Positions 29,175 through 37,641 of a stretch of 64,000 nucleotides of DNA are shown piece by piece. Origin of the DNA: an uncultured delta proteobacterium (GTDB lineage: Bacteria; Desulfobacterota; Binatia; Binatales; Binataceae). The translations under genes were made by a program, and so were the position numbers. The DNA lies in the NCBI GenBank assembly GCA_963842085.1, contig CAWJET010000001.1, positions 608,001 through 672,000 on the forward strand, in the 5' to 3' direction. How positions within the stretch are numbered: position 1 is the stretch's first letter; every line of letters starts with the position of its first letter. A model generated the notes under the pieces. The model was not told the DNA's origin. It did no database searches and saw nothing but the letters and a program-made list of their open reading frames with translations.

Positions 29175-30568
29175 AAGCCCCGGGTCCGATTCTGCGATTC
29201 CTCGGGGCGGCAGGCACGGTCACGGGCAGCAAGTTTCTGCTGACGGGCGGCGATCGCCGCATGCTGGTCGATTGCGGCCTGTTCCAGGGGCTCAAGCAGC
29301 TCCGCCTGATGAATTGGCAACCGCTGCCGGTCGACGTGCACGACATCGATGCGGTGCTGCTGACGCATGCGCACCTGGATCACAGCGGCTACCTGCCGGC
29401 GCTGGTGCGCGACGGTTTTCGCGGGAAGGTGATTTCGACGCCGGGAACCCAGTCCTTGTGCCGGATCCTTCTTCCGGACAGCGGTCATCTCCAGGAGGAA
29501 GAGGCCGACTATGCGAACGCCAAAGGATATTCCAAGCACACGCCTGCGCTGCCGCTCTACACCGAAAAAGACGCGTGGAATTCGCTCGATTGTTTTTCGC
29601 CGGTGGAATTCGACACCAGGGTCGACCTGGGCCCAATAACTGCGCAGTTTCTGCATGCCGGGCATATTCTCGGAGCATCGCTGATAAGTATCGAGATAGA
29701 CGCTCCCCGCAGAAAAAGAATCCTCTTCACGGGCGACCTGGGACGTCCGACTCATCCGATCCTGCGCGCTCCCGCGCCGCCGCCCGCCGCCGACGTGATC
29801 GTGATCGAATCCACCTACGGCGATCGGATTCATGACGATGCCGCGTCGCAGCAACGTTTCGAAGATGCGATTTCAAAAACGATCGAGCGCGCCGGCGTCG
29901 TCATCATTCCGTCCTTTGCCGTCGACCGCACCGAGGTCATCCTGCACCAGCTGGCGCGCTTGCGCGAAGGCGGGCGAATCCCACGTACGCCGACCTTCGT
30001 CGACAGCCCGATGGCGCTGGCCGCGCTGAAGATTTACGAAGAATCCATCGCCCGTGGCAGCCCCGAAGTCCGCGCCGATATCGTGCACGCAAAGAACTTC
30101 TTCAACGATCAGGACCTGACCGAGATCAAGACCGTGCAGGAATCGATACGGCTGAACTCGATGCCGGGACCGATGATCATCATCTCGGCGTCGGGAATGG
30201 CGTCGGGCGGCCGCGTCCTTCATCATCTCAAGAGACGCCTGCCCGACCGCCGCAACACGGTGATTCTCGTCGGGTACCAGGCCGCGGGAACCCGCGGCAG
30301 ATCGCTGCTCGACGGCGCTCGAATGGTGAAGATGCTGGGAGACTACGTACCGGTCGCCGCGGAAATCGTCGATGTCCCCGGCTTCTCGTCGCATGCCGAT
30401 CAGCGGGAAATCCTCAACTGGCTGAAGCTCGCCCCGGTTGCGCCGCAGATCGTCTATATCGTTCACGGTGAGCCACCGGCGTCCGAAGCGCTGCGTGAGC
30501 GCATCGCGCACGAGCTGGGATGGAATGCCGTGGTGCCGCGCAATCTCGAGCAGGTGCGTATAGGCTAA
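29171..30568 (+). CDS. MBL-fold beta-CASP ribonuclease
   Basis: THAHLDHSG, AGHILG, ESTYG, SASGM..GGR, FSSHAD. Confidence 0.95.
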   Translation: MKAPGPILRFLGAAGTVTGSKFLLTGGDRRMLVDCGLFQGLKQLRLMNWQPLPVDVHDIDAVLLTHAHLDHSGYLPALVRDGFRGKVISTPGTQSLCRILLPDSGHLQEEEADYANAKGYSKHTPALPLYTEKDAWNSLDCFSPVEFDTRVDLGPITAQFLHAGHILGASLISIEIDAPRRKRILFTGDLGRPTHPILRAPAPPPAADVIVIESTYGDRIHDDAASQQRFEDAISKTIERAGVVIIPSFAVDRTEVILHQLARLREGGRIPRTPTFVDSPMALAALKIYEESIARGSPEVRADIVHAKNFFNDQDLTEIKTVQESIRLNSMPGPMIIISASGMASGGRVLHHLKRRLPDRRNTVILVGYQAAGTRGRSLLDGARMVKMLGDYVPVAAEIVDVPGFSSHADQREILNWLKLAPVAPQIVYIVHGEPPASEALRERIAHELGWNAVVPRNLEQVRIG

Positions 30569-30574
30569 CGATCC

Positions 30575-32092
30575 GTGGCGCACTTCCGGCTGAAACATCT
30601 ACCGCTCGATACGCTGCGCGAGCACGTGATTGTAGTTCACGAGCGCGCGGTCCGCAGTGGAGAGCTGGGGCTACACCCGCTCGACCGCGCACGTGTCTTC
30701 GGCATCGATAGCGAAACCGGCAAACAGCGCGAAATCACCGGCGTCCTGAACGTCTGCAACGACCTCTTGCTCGAAGCCGACGAAATCGGACTCTCGGAGG
30801 AAGCATTTCGCGATCTCGGCTTGCCCGATGGCGCCGAGGTGGGGGCGACCCTCGCGGTTGCGCCGGCAAGCGTGGACTTCGTCCGGGCCAAGCTTCGGGG
30901 AAAACACCTGAGGCGGGAGGATTTCGATGCGATCCTGACTGACGTTGCGGCCCGGCGCTATTCACGCATCGAACTTTCGATGTTCGTGTTGGGTTGCGCC
31001 TTTCAGAAATTTGATCTGTCGGAATTGAGGGACTACACGCTGGCGATGATCGCCACTGGCGAGCAGCTCACTTTCGGCGACTCGATTGTCGCCGACAAGC
31101 ACTGCATCGGCGGTGTTCCCGGCAACCGAACCACCATGATCCTGGTTCCGATTCTCGCGGAACTCGGACTCAAAATTCCCAAGACTTCCTCGCGCGCGAT
31201 AACGAGCCCTGCAGGCACCGGCGACACGATGGCGGTGCTGGCAGACGTCGCGCTCTCGCCTGAACGGTTGTATCGGGTTGTCGAGGAAGTCGGCGGATGC
31301 ATCGCGTGGGGCGGCGCGCTCGAGTTGGCGCCGGCTGACGACATCCTTATCACGGTCGAGCGCCCGATGGAGATCGACACTGAGGCGCAGATGGTCGCCT
31401 CGATTCTCGCCAAGAAAAAAACCGCCGGCGCGACGCACGTTCTGATCGATATACCCGTCGGGTCTTCGGCCAAGGTGAAAACTCCCGAACTCGCCCGGCA
31501 TGTCGCAGAGTTGTTCAAGGCCGTGGGCGAGCGGATCGGCCTGCGGCTCGAGATCGTGACCACCAGCGCGCTCGGGCCGATCGGCTACGGCATCGGGCCG
31601 CGACTGGAAGCGCTCGACGTCCTTTCGGTCCTCCGATGCGAACCCGGTGCGCCCGCCGATCTGCGCGAAAAGTCACTGATGCTGGCCGGGCGTCTGCTGG
31701 AAATGACCGGCGCCGAGCCCCCCTCGCGCGGCTATGAGGCGGCTCGCCGGACACTCGATTCCGGCGCTGCTCTCAAAAGGTTCGACCGAATCGTTGCCGC
31801 GCAGGGACGTCGCGAGATTCCTCCCGAAGCGCCCTGGCGCCGAAGCTTTGCGGCTGGACAAGCCGGCAGGATTGCGCAGATTGACTGCTGGCAAATTTCG
31901 CGCGTAGCAAAACGCGCCGGCGCACCTTCAAATGCGTCGGCAGGTGTGAAGCTGTACAAAAGCGTCGGCGATACTGTGGCGCGGGGCGAGCCGATTTTCG
32001 AGGTTCACGCCGAGAGCGAGACTCACCTTCAGGCCGCGCTCGAATACGGCAATTCCGTGCGCCGGCTCGTCCGCTACGACGAAAGCACTTAG
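30575..32092 (+). CDS. AMP phosphorylase / long-form thymidine phosphorylase family
   Basis: Extra N-terminal domain, DKHCIGGVPGNRTT, KTSSRAITSPAGT. Confidence 0.92.
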   Translation: MAHFRLKHLPLDTLREHVIVVHERAVRSGELGLHPLDRARVFGIDSETGKQREITGVLNVCNDLLLEADEIGLSEEAFRDLGLPDGAEVGATLAVAPASVDFVRAKLRGKHLRREDFDAILTDVAARRYSRIELSMFVLGCAFQKFDLSELRDYTLAMIATGEQLTFGDSIVADKHCIGGVPGNRTTMILVPILAELGLKIPKTSSRAITSPAGTGDTMAVLADVALSPERLYRVVEEVGGCIAWGGALELAPADDILITVERPMEIDTEAQMVASILAKKKTAGATHVLIDIPVGSSAKVKTPELARHVAELFKAVGERIGLRLEIVTTSALGPIGYGIGPRLEALDVLSVLRCEPGAPADLREKSLMLAGRLLEMTGAEPPSRGYEAARRTLDSGAALKRFDRIVAAQGRREIPPEAPWRRSFAAGQAGRIAQIDCWQISRVAKRAGAPSNASAGVKLYKSVGDTVARGEPIFEVHAESETHLQAALEYGNSVRRLVRYDEST

Positions 32093-33075
32093 GCGGACGC
32101 CAGGCGCTTGAGGCTGTCCGATTCGCCGATCACGACGAGTAGATCGTCGGGTTCGATTTGCGTGTCGGCGGCGGGAATCATCTCGAGGGGTTGGTCGTTG
32201 CGTTTTAGCGCGACAATTCGGAGCCGCGGATTTTCCCGTTCCACCACCGCGATGGTTTTTCCGACTGCCGGGCTTTGGCGCGAGATCCGAATCTCCTCCA
32301 GATCGACTTCGGACTCGCGGCCGGGCACGGACAGTTGCAGAAAATCCACGACCGACGGGCGCAGGATGCTCGCCGCGATTCTCATCCCAGCCCATTGATA
32401 GGCCGCGATTACCTGGTCGGCGCCCGCCAGCTTGAGCCGCCGCAGACCCGCATCCGAGTCGCCGCGGGAGTAGATGAGAATTTTGGGATTTTTCTCGCGC
32501 GCGGAAAGCGTGATGTACACGTTGTCCGCGTCCGAGCCGGTTGCGACGATAATCGCGCGGGCCGAACCGACGCCGGCATCCTCGAGCACCGAGTCTTCCA
32601 GCGCCGAGCCCACAAGGTGCAGCGCGCCGACAGTGTCCAAGTCTGCCTGCTTGGCGGGATCTGCCTCGATCACCACTATCGGCACTGCGTTGTGGGTCAG
32701 CTCTTCGACGACCGCGCGGCCGAAACGCCCGAAGCCGCATACGATGACATGGTCCTGCAGATTGTGAATTTTGCGATTCATCGCGCTCTTCCCGAGAAAC
32801 TCTCTAAGGCTCCCCTCGATGACGAGTTCTCCGATCACCGAAAACAGGTAAATCGCGCTGCCGACTCCTGTGACTATCAGCCCAATGGTAAAAAGACGAC
32901 CAGCCGGGCTGAGCGGCTTTACCTCGCCGAACCCGACCGTCGAGATGGTGATGACGGACATGTAGAAGGCGTCGAGCAGCGACATGTGCTCGATCAGGAT
33001 ATAGCCAACGGCGCCGATCACGGTCATCAGCGCGACCAATGAAACTGCGAGCGCGAATCTGCGAGTCGGGGTCAT
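32089..33075 (-). CDS. Potassium channel protein with TrkA-N/TrkA-C (RCK) domains
   Basis: Pore motif TISTVGFG, GFGRFG Rossmann motif, C-terminal RCK-C. Alternative start at 33147. Confidence 0.92.
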   Translation of the reverse strand: MTPTRRFALAVSLVALMTVIGAVGYILIEHMSLLDAFYMSVITISTVGFGEVKPLSPAGRLFTIGLIVTGVGSAIYLFSVIGELVIEGSLREFLGKSAMNRKIHNLQDHVIVCGFGRFGRAVVEELTHNAVPIVVIEADPAKQADLDTVGALHLVGSALEDSVLEDAGVGSARAIIVATGSDADNVYITLSAREKNPKILIYSRGDSDAGLRRLKLAGADQVIAAYQWAGMRIAASILRPSVVDFLQLSVPGRESEVDLEEIRISRQSPAVGKTIAVVERENPRLRIVALKRNDQPLEMIPAADTQIEPDDLLVVIGESDSLKRLASA

Positions 33076-33306
33076 CGTGCCGGGGCGCAATCCTGTTGAA
33101 CGCGTGATGAGCGGAAATTCCCCGAAGAATTGCATGTCACGCTTCAAATGGGAACGTTTTTCGGGATCTCCGCGTCGCGCAGTCCCCTGGGACCGAACAG
33201 CTTTTTGTTCCCTTTGGAGCCACTTGCTGGATGGTCTCTGGCTCCTTTCATCACAGATCTGCCGTCAGACAAATTGATTTCATAGGGAGTCGCTGAGAGC
33301 AGTCTG

Positions 33307-33322
33307 TGGCACGGCTAATGCT
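33307..33322 (+). promoter_or_regulatory. Putative sigma54 (-24/-12) promoter
   Basis: TGGCACGGCTAATGCT versus consensus TGGCACG-N4-TTGCW, about 40 nt upstream of hsp20. Confidence 0.65.
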
Positions 33323-33363
33323 GCCTCTCTTGCATCAAAACAGATCTGCCAGGAGGTACAACT

Positions 33364-33846
33364 ATGGGCTTTCTTGAAAAATGGAGCCCGTCAACTGATC
33401 TTGATCGATTGCGGCACGAGTTCGACGAGTTGCTCGGACACTTCGGTTTCGACCGAGCCGAGCTTAAGGGATTTCCCACGACGTCGAACCGTCCCGCGAT
33501 CGAATCGTCGGTGGACGGGGACAAGTTCGTCGTGCGCGTCGATCTGCCGGGAGTCGATCCCAAGAATATCGACGTGCAAGTTGTAAACGGGATCTTGACG
33601 GTCAAAGGCACGCGGGAGGAAAAGCGCGAATCGGACAAGGCGTCGGTGTACCGCCGTGAAATTCGCTATGGTTCATTCGAGCGGGCGATCAGCCTGCCTG
33701 ATGGAATCAAGGCGGAAAACCTGACCGCCGTGCATCGCGACGGCGTGCTGGAGTTGAGCGCTCCCATGCCCAAAGAGGCAGCGGCCAAGACCGTCAAGAT
33801 TCAGGTCGAGGAAAAGAAGCCGGAGGTGACAAAGAAGGCTGCCTGA
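33364..33846 (+). CDS. Hsp20/alpha-crystallin small heat shock protein
   Basis: DLPGV, LTVKG, YGSFER.I.LP, DGVLEL..PK. Confidence 0.96.
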   Translation: MGFLEKWSPSTDLDRLRHEFDELLGHFGFDRAELKGFPTTSNRPAIESSVDGDKFVVRVDLPGVDPKNIDVQVVNGILTVKGTREEKRESDKASVYRREIRYGSFERAISLPDGIKAENLTAVHRDGVLELSAPMPKEAAAKTVKIQVEEKKPEVTKKAA

Positions 33847-33910
33847 TTCGAAGCCTGTAGCGGAGGCTGCTATTTACTATGGCAACGCGATGAGCGCAGA
33901 TTAAAAGGAG

Positions 33911-34360
33911 ATGGCCGCAGTTTTTTCGAGAATACTGTGCCCAATCGACTTCGAGCGTGACTCGATGGACGCGCTTGAGTTCGCGTGCCGACTAGCGAAG
34001 CAGAACTCCGCTACAGTCTGTTTGTTGACCGTGATTGGCGTACCGGCCGGCGCCGCAACCGCATTGCCGCCGGTCCCTCTAGTTGCCGACGAGGAATTCA
34101 AAGCAGAGTACCGCGACCGACTGGAAGCGATTGCGCAGGAGAAGCTGGCCGGGGTTCCACATGAGAATTTCGCCGCGAGCGGAAACGCGGCGGTGGAAAT
34201 CCTCAATCTCGCCGCCGCCCAGCACATCGACTTGATCGTGATGGGCACACACGCCCGCACCGGGGTGAAGCACTTCCTGCTCGGCAGCGTGGCGGAGCGC
34301 GTGGTTCGCGAATCGCCGGTTCCCGTCCTGACAATCCATCCCACAGCCGCCGGCGGATGA
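33911..34360 (+). CDS. Universal stress protein
   Basis: ILCPIDF, DLIVMGTH, GSVAERVVRESPVPVL. Confidence 0.96.
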   Translation: MAAVFSRILCPIDFERDSMDALEFACRLAKQNSATVCLLTVIGVPAGAATALPPVPLVADEEFKAEYRDRLEAIAQEKLAGVPHENFAASGNAAVEILNLAAAQHIDLIVMGTHARTGVKHFLLGSVAERVVRESPVPVLTIHPTAAGG

Positions 34361-34368
34361 ATTCGGCG

Positions 34369-34827
34369 TCAAGCGGCCTTTCGCGCGTTGGCCTTTGAAT
34401 GGGCTGTCAGAACCGGCGTCGGCGACTCCCGCACGACCCGCTCGGCGACACTGCCGAGAACCAGATGCCCCAAGCCCTTGCGGCCGTGCGTACCCATAAC
34501 GACTAAGTCGGCTTCGATGCTGCGCGCGGCGTCGAGTATCTGCTCAGCCGGATCGCCGCTTACGACGAGTGTTTCGTAGCGCACCAAGCCGGGAACCTTT
34601 TCCCGCCCGAGCTTTGCAAGCTGCTGCTGCCTGTCCTTTTCAACGTATGGGTAACGATCCAAAGGAACCGGCTGGAATCCCGCGGCGCCGGCAGGCACCG
34701 GCGCGACATTCAGCAGGTACAGCTTGGCATCGTTCTGCTCCACTACCTTCAGCGCGACATCGAGGGCCGCCAACGAGTGCTCCGAAAAGTCAATCGGACA
34801 CAGGACCTTTCGAAATAGCTGAATCAT
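34369..34827 (-). CDS. Universal stress protein
   Basis: VLCPIDFS, DLVVMGTHGR.G, GSVAERVVRESP. Confidence 0.96.
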   Translation of the reverse strand: MIQLFRKVLCPIDFSEHSLAALDVALKVVEQNDAKLYLLNVAPVPAGAAGFQPVPLDRYPYVEKDRQQQLAKLGREKVPGLVRYETLVVSGDPAEQILDAARSIEADLVVMGTHGRKGLGHLVLGSVAERVVRESPTPVLTAHSKANARKAA

Positions 34828-34858
34828 CGTTGCCTCCTCCGTTTCGCGCTACTGCGGG

Positions 34859-35335
34859 TTACTCCTCGACCGACTCCTTCAGTTCTTCGGGCGGCGTCCA
34901 GACGTAGCGCGATGGCTCGTCGACATCACCCTCGCCGGGGTGTCTGCGCTCGTTGTGCTTTTTCTGGCAATCGAGGCAAAAGGCGGCGAACGGCATCGCT
35001 CTCAACCGTTCAATCGGGATCTCCTGCTTGCATTTTTCGCAGATTCCGTAACGACCGCGCTCGAGGCGGCTGAACGCGGCATCGATTGCCTTGAGCCGAT
35101 ATTCGTATCGCTCGATCAGGCCGGCATCGGTCTCCACGTCTTCCAGGGAACGGGCCACGTCCAACCCGTCGGCAGGCAGTTCCACCGCGTCCTCCAGCTC
35201 TTCCTTGCGGAGCACGTGTACCCGAGCGAGTGCTTCGGCGCGCGCCCGCGCCAGCATCTGGCCCAGATAGTATGGCCGGGCGTCGTTTGGGATTTGCCGC
35301 GGTGTCCTGATTTTCCCGCCGGTCCTGGATTTCAT
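34859..35335 (-). CDS. TraR/DksA C4-type zinc finger protein
   Basis: GRYGICEKC..EIPIERL.AMPFA.FCLDC; coiled-coil tip DGLD. Confidence 0.9.
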   Translation of the reverse strand: MKSRTGGKIRTPRQIPNDARPYYLGQMLARARAEALARVHVLRKEELEDAVELPADGLDVARSLEDVETDAGLIERYEYRLKAIDAAFSRLERGRYGICEKCKQEIPIERLRAMPFAAFCLDCQKKHNERRHPGEGDVDEPSRYVWTPPEELKESVEE

Positions 35336-35548
35336 ATGAACTCCCCGCAGAGCTTAAGAGATGCAAGTCGCAAAGAGATCAAGCAATTCGCGGACCACTA
35401 ATTGAATCGCAAAACGAGCCTATGAAAGGACCATTGTGTCTCGAATGTGTGGCGCGATCGGATACAGCAGATTGGTCGCGGCGTCGCCTTACGCTGCATA
35501 CGGCGTCGCGAATCCGGCGCAAATGCCGATCTGGCCGTCTTTTGTGAA

Positions 35549-35564
35549 TGGCACGGAAGCTGCC
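35549..35564 (+). promoter_or_regulatory. Putative sigma54 (-24/-12) promoter
   Basis: TGGCACGGAAGCTGCC (GG-N10-GC), 25 nt upstream of ORF 35590. Confidence 0.55.
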
Positions 35565-35589
35565 TTAACTCCGCAGAGGGTCAAGCTTT

Positions 35590-35772
35590 ATGCCAGTCGG
35601 GGTGGTCAAAACTCCAGAAGACGAGATCGCGTGGGAACGCGCGAAGGAGCGCGCTCGCGAGCAGTATCCTGATGCGAGCGGGGCGCAGTTCTACAGAATT
35701 GTGATGGCTATCTACAAGAAGATGACTCACTACACGCCCGCCTCGCGACGGCGCACGAAGATTGCCTGGTAG
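35590..35772 (+). CDS. Small hypothetical protein (ChaB-like helical)
   Basis: 60 aa with protein-like composition; first gene after the sigma54-like site and co-oriented with the next two genes. Confidence 0.6.
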   Translation: MPVGVVKTPEDEIAWERAKERAREQYPDASGAQFYRIVMAIYKKMTHYTPASRRRTKIAW

Positions 35773-35782
35773 CGATCCGCGC

Positions 35783-37093
35783 ATGTACGAAGCTGAATAC
35801 AAGTCCAAGTGGATGGCGCCTGCGGACGCCGTGGAGTTGATCCCGACGCGCGGCACCCTTTCGATGGGCATGGCGGTCAGCGAGCCGCCCGCTCTGTTGA
35901 CGGCGCTGGAGAATCGGGTGAAGGCCGGCAGGATCGAGGAGCTTCGGGTCTATTATTCGCACTCGATCACTCCTGCCGCCTTCACGATTCTGAAGTACGA
36001 ATACATGAAGGTCATCAAGCCGCATCCGTTCTTTCCGACGGTCGTTGAACGGCGGCTGTTCGAGCAGGGCCAGCAGGACGATCGGCGCGTGGTCTTCTAC
36101 ATGCCGGGCAATTTCAGCGCGATGCCACGGACGCTGCGCGAAATCGGAATCGACGCGTTCGTCATGATGGTCGCGCCGATGGACAAGGGCGGATTCTTCA
36201 GCTGCGGCACCAACGCCGACTACACGATCCCCACCGCGCGAATCGCAAGGAAATTGATCGTCGAGGTCAATCCCAGGATGCCGCGGGTGTTCGGCGATTC
36301 GTCGGTGCACATCTCGGAAGTCGCGGCGATCGTCGAAAACGAGAGTCCGCTGTTCTCGGTGCCTTCGCGGCCGCTGACGCAGTTGGACCAGGTCATCAGC
36401 AAGCACATAGTCGAGATGATCCCGGACCGCGCTACACTCCAGGTAGGAATCGGCGGAGTACCCAGTGCGGTGTGCGCCGCCCTGCACGGCCACAAGGACT
36501 TGGGCATCCACAGCGAGCTCATGATGCCGTCGCTGGCGGCGTTGGTTGAGTCCGGCGCAGTCACGAACAGGTACAAGACCCTGAATCGATACAAGAACGT
36601 GTACACCCTGGCGGTTGGCGACGAACCCTTCTACGAGTTTCTAAACGACAATTCGAGCATGGAGGCTCGCCCGGTCGATTATGTGAATGACCCGAATGTC
36701 ATCGGGCAGAACGATCGAGTAATCTCGATCAATGCGTTCCTCGAGGTCGGACTGGACGGCGAGGTTAATTCTGAAGCGATAATGGGCAAGCAGTACAGCG
36801 CGCCGGGCGGCCAGTTGGATTTTATCCGCGGCGCACAGCTATCGAACGGCGGCAAATCGATTCTCGCCGCCTACTCGAGCGCGGGCAAGGGCGCCATCTC
36901 CCGCATCGTCCCCAAGATCGAAGGACCGACCACCGATCCAAGAACCGATACTCAGTATGTCGTTACCGAATACGGGGTGGCCTGCCTTACCGGCAAATCG
37001 ACCGCGCAAAGAGCCGAAGCGTTGATTGCCATCGCTCATCCGCAATTTCGCGAGGGACTTCGTCTGGGCGCGCGGCAATTGGGTTACCTGTAA
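35783..37093 (+). CDS. Acetyl-CoA hydrolase/transferase (4-hydroxybutyrate CoA-transferase-like)
   Basis: TLQVGIGGVP, DLGIHSE, GGQLDFIRGA, VVTEYG, IAHPQFR. Confidence 0.94.
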   Translation: MYEAEYKSKWMAPADAVELIPTRGTLSMGMAVSEPPALLTALENRVKAGRIEELRVYYSHSITPAAFTILKYEYMKVIKPHPFFPTVVERRLFEQGQQDDRRVVFYMPGNFSAMPRTLREIGIDAFVMMVAPMDKGGFFSCGTNADYTIPTARIARKLIVEVNPRMPRVFGDSSVHISEVAAIVENESPLFSVPSRPLTQLDQVISKHIVEMIPDRATLQVGIGGVPSAVCAALHGHKDLGIHSELMMPSLAALVESGAVTNRYKTLNRYKNVYTLAVGDEPFYEFLNDNSSMEARPVDYVNDPNVIGQNDRVISINAFLEVGLDGEVNSEAIMGKQYSAPGGQLDFIRGAQLSNGGKSILAAYSSAGKGAISRIVPKIEGPTTDPRTDTQYVVTEYGVACLTGKSTAQRAEALIAIAHPQFREGLRLGARQLGYL

Positions 37094-37114
37094 AATGCTT
37101 GCGGAGAAGTCAGC

Positions 37115-37537
37115 ATGAAAGAACTTAAAGTGCGCGATGTCATGACAGCTGATCCCACCACCCTTAAGCGCAATGACAAGCTCACGCTGGCCGACGACAT
37201 CATGCGCCTGGGGCGGGTTCGCCATTTGCCGGTGGTCGATGATGACAGCGAGCATCTGGTCGGGATCGTGAGCCAGCGCGATCTGTTTCGCGACGCGCTT
37301 GCCCAGGCACTTGGCTACGGCAGGCACGCTCAGCGGAAGATCCTGGACACGCTGGCGGTGAAAGACGTGATGGCCACCGATCTAGCCACCACCAGCCCCG
37401 ATACCTCCCTGGTTGAAGCAGCCAAGGTCCTGACTGAACGGAAGATCGGCTGTCTGCCGGTGGTCGAAAATGGGCGCCTGATCGGGATCCTGACGGAGGG
37501 TGATTTCGTCGCCCTGGTCGCGCGCCGATCCGATTGA
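37115..37537 (+). CDS. CBS domain protein
   Basis: Two CBS repeats (VRDVMT..RHLPVV..GIVSQRD; VKDVM..GCLPVV..GILTEGD). Confidence 0.95.
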   Translation: MKELKVRDVMTADPTTLKRNDKLTLADDIMRLGRVRHLPVVDDDSEHLVGIVSQRDLFRDALAQALGYGRHAQRKILDTLAVKDVMATDLATTSPDTSLVEAAKVLTERKIGCLPVVENGRLIGILTEGDFVALVARRSD

Positions 37538-37641
37538 CAGGATTTCTCGTCTCCAGTCACACGCGCGCTCACCCCTTCCTCCGTTTGCAAGATACCTCAA
37601 TAGAGGTCATCACATGGAAGACACCAGCCGAGGAAGGGACC

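Noticed and set aside
28278-32092. Anti-phage defence system (PRTase + nuclease)
   Set aside because: The genes have intact metabolic-type motifs and a stress-gene context, with no defence-island or mobile-element markers nearby.
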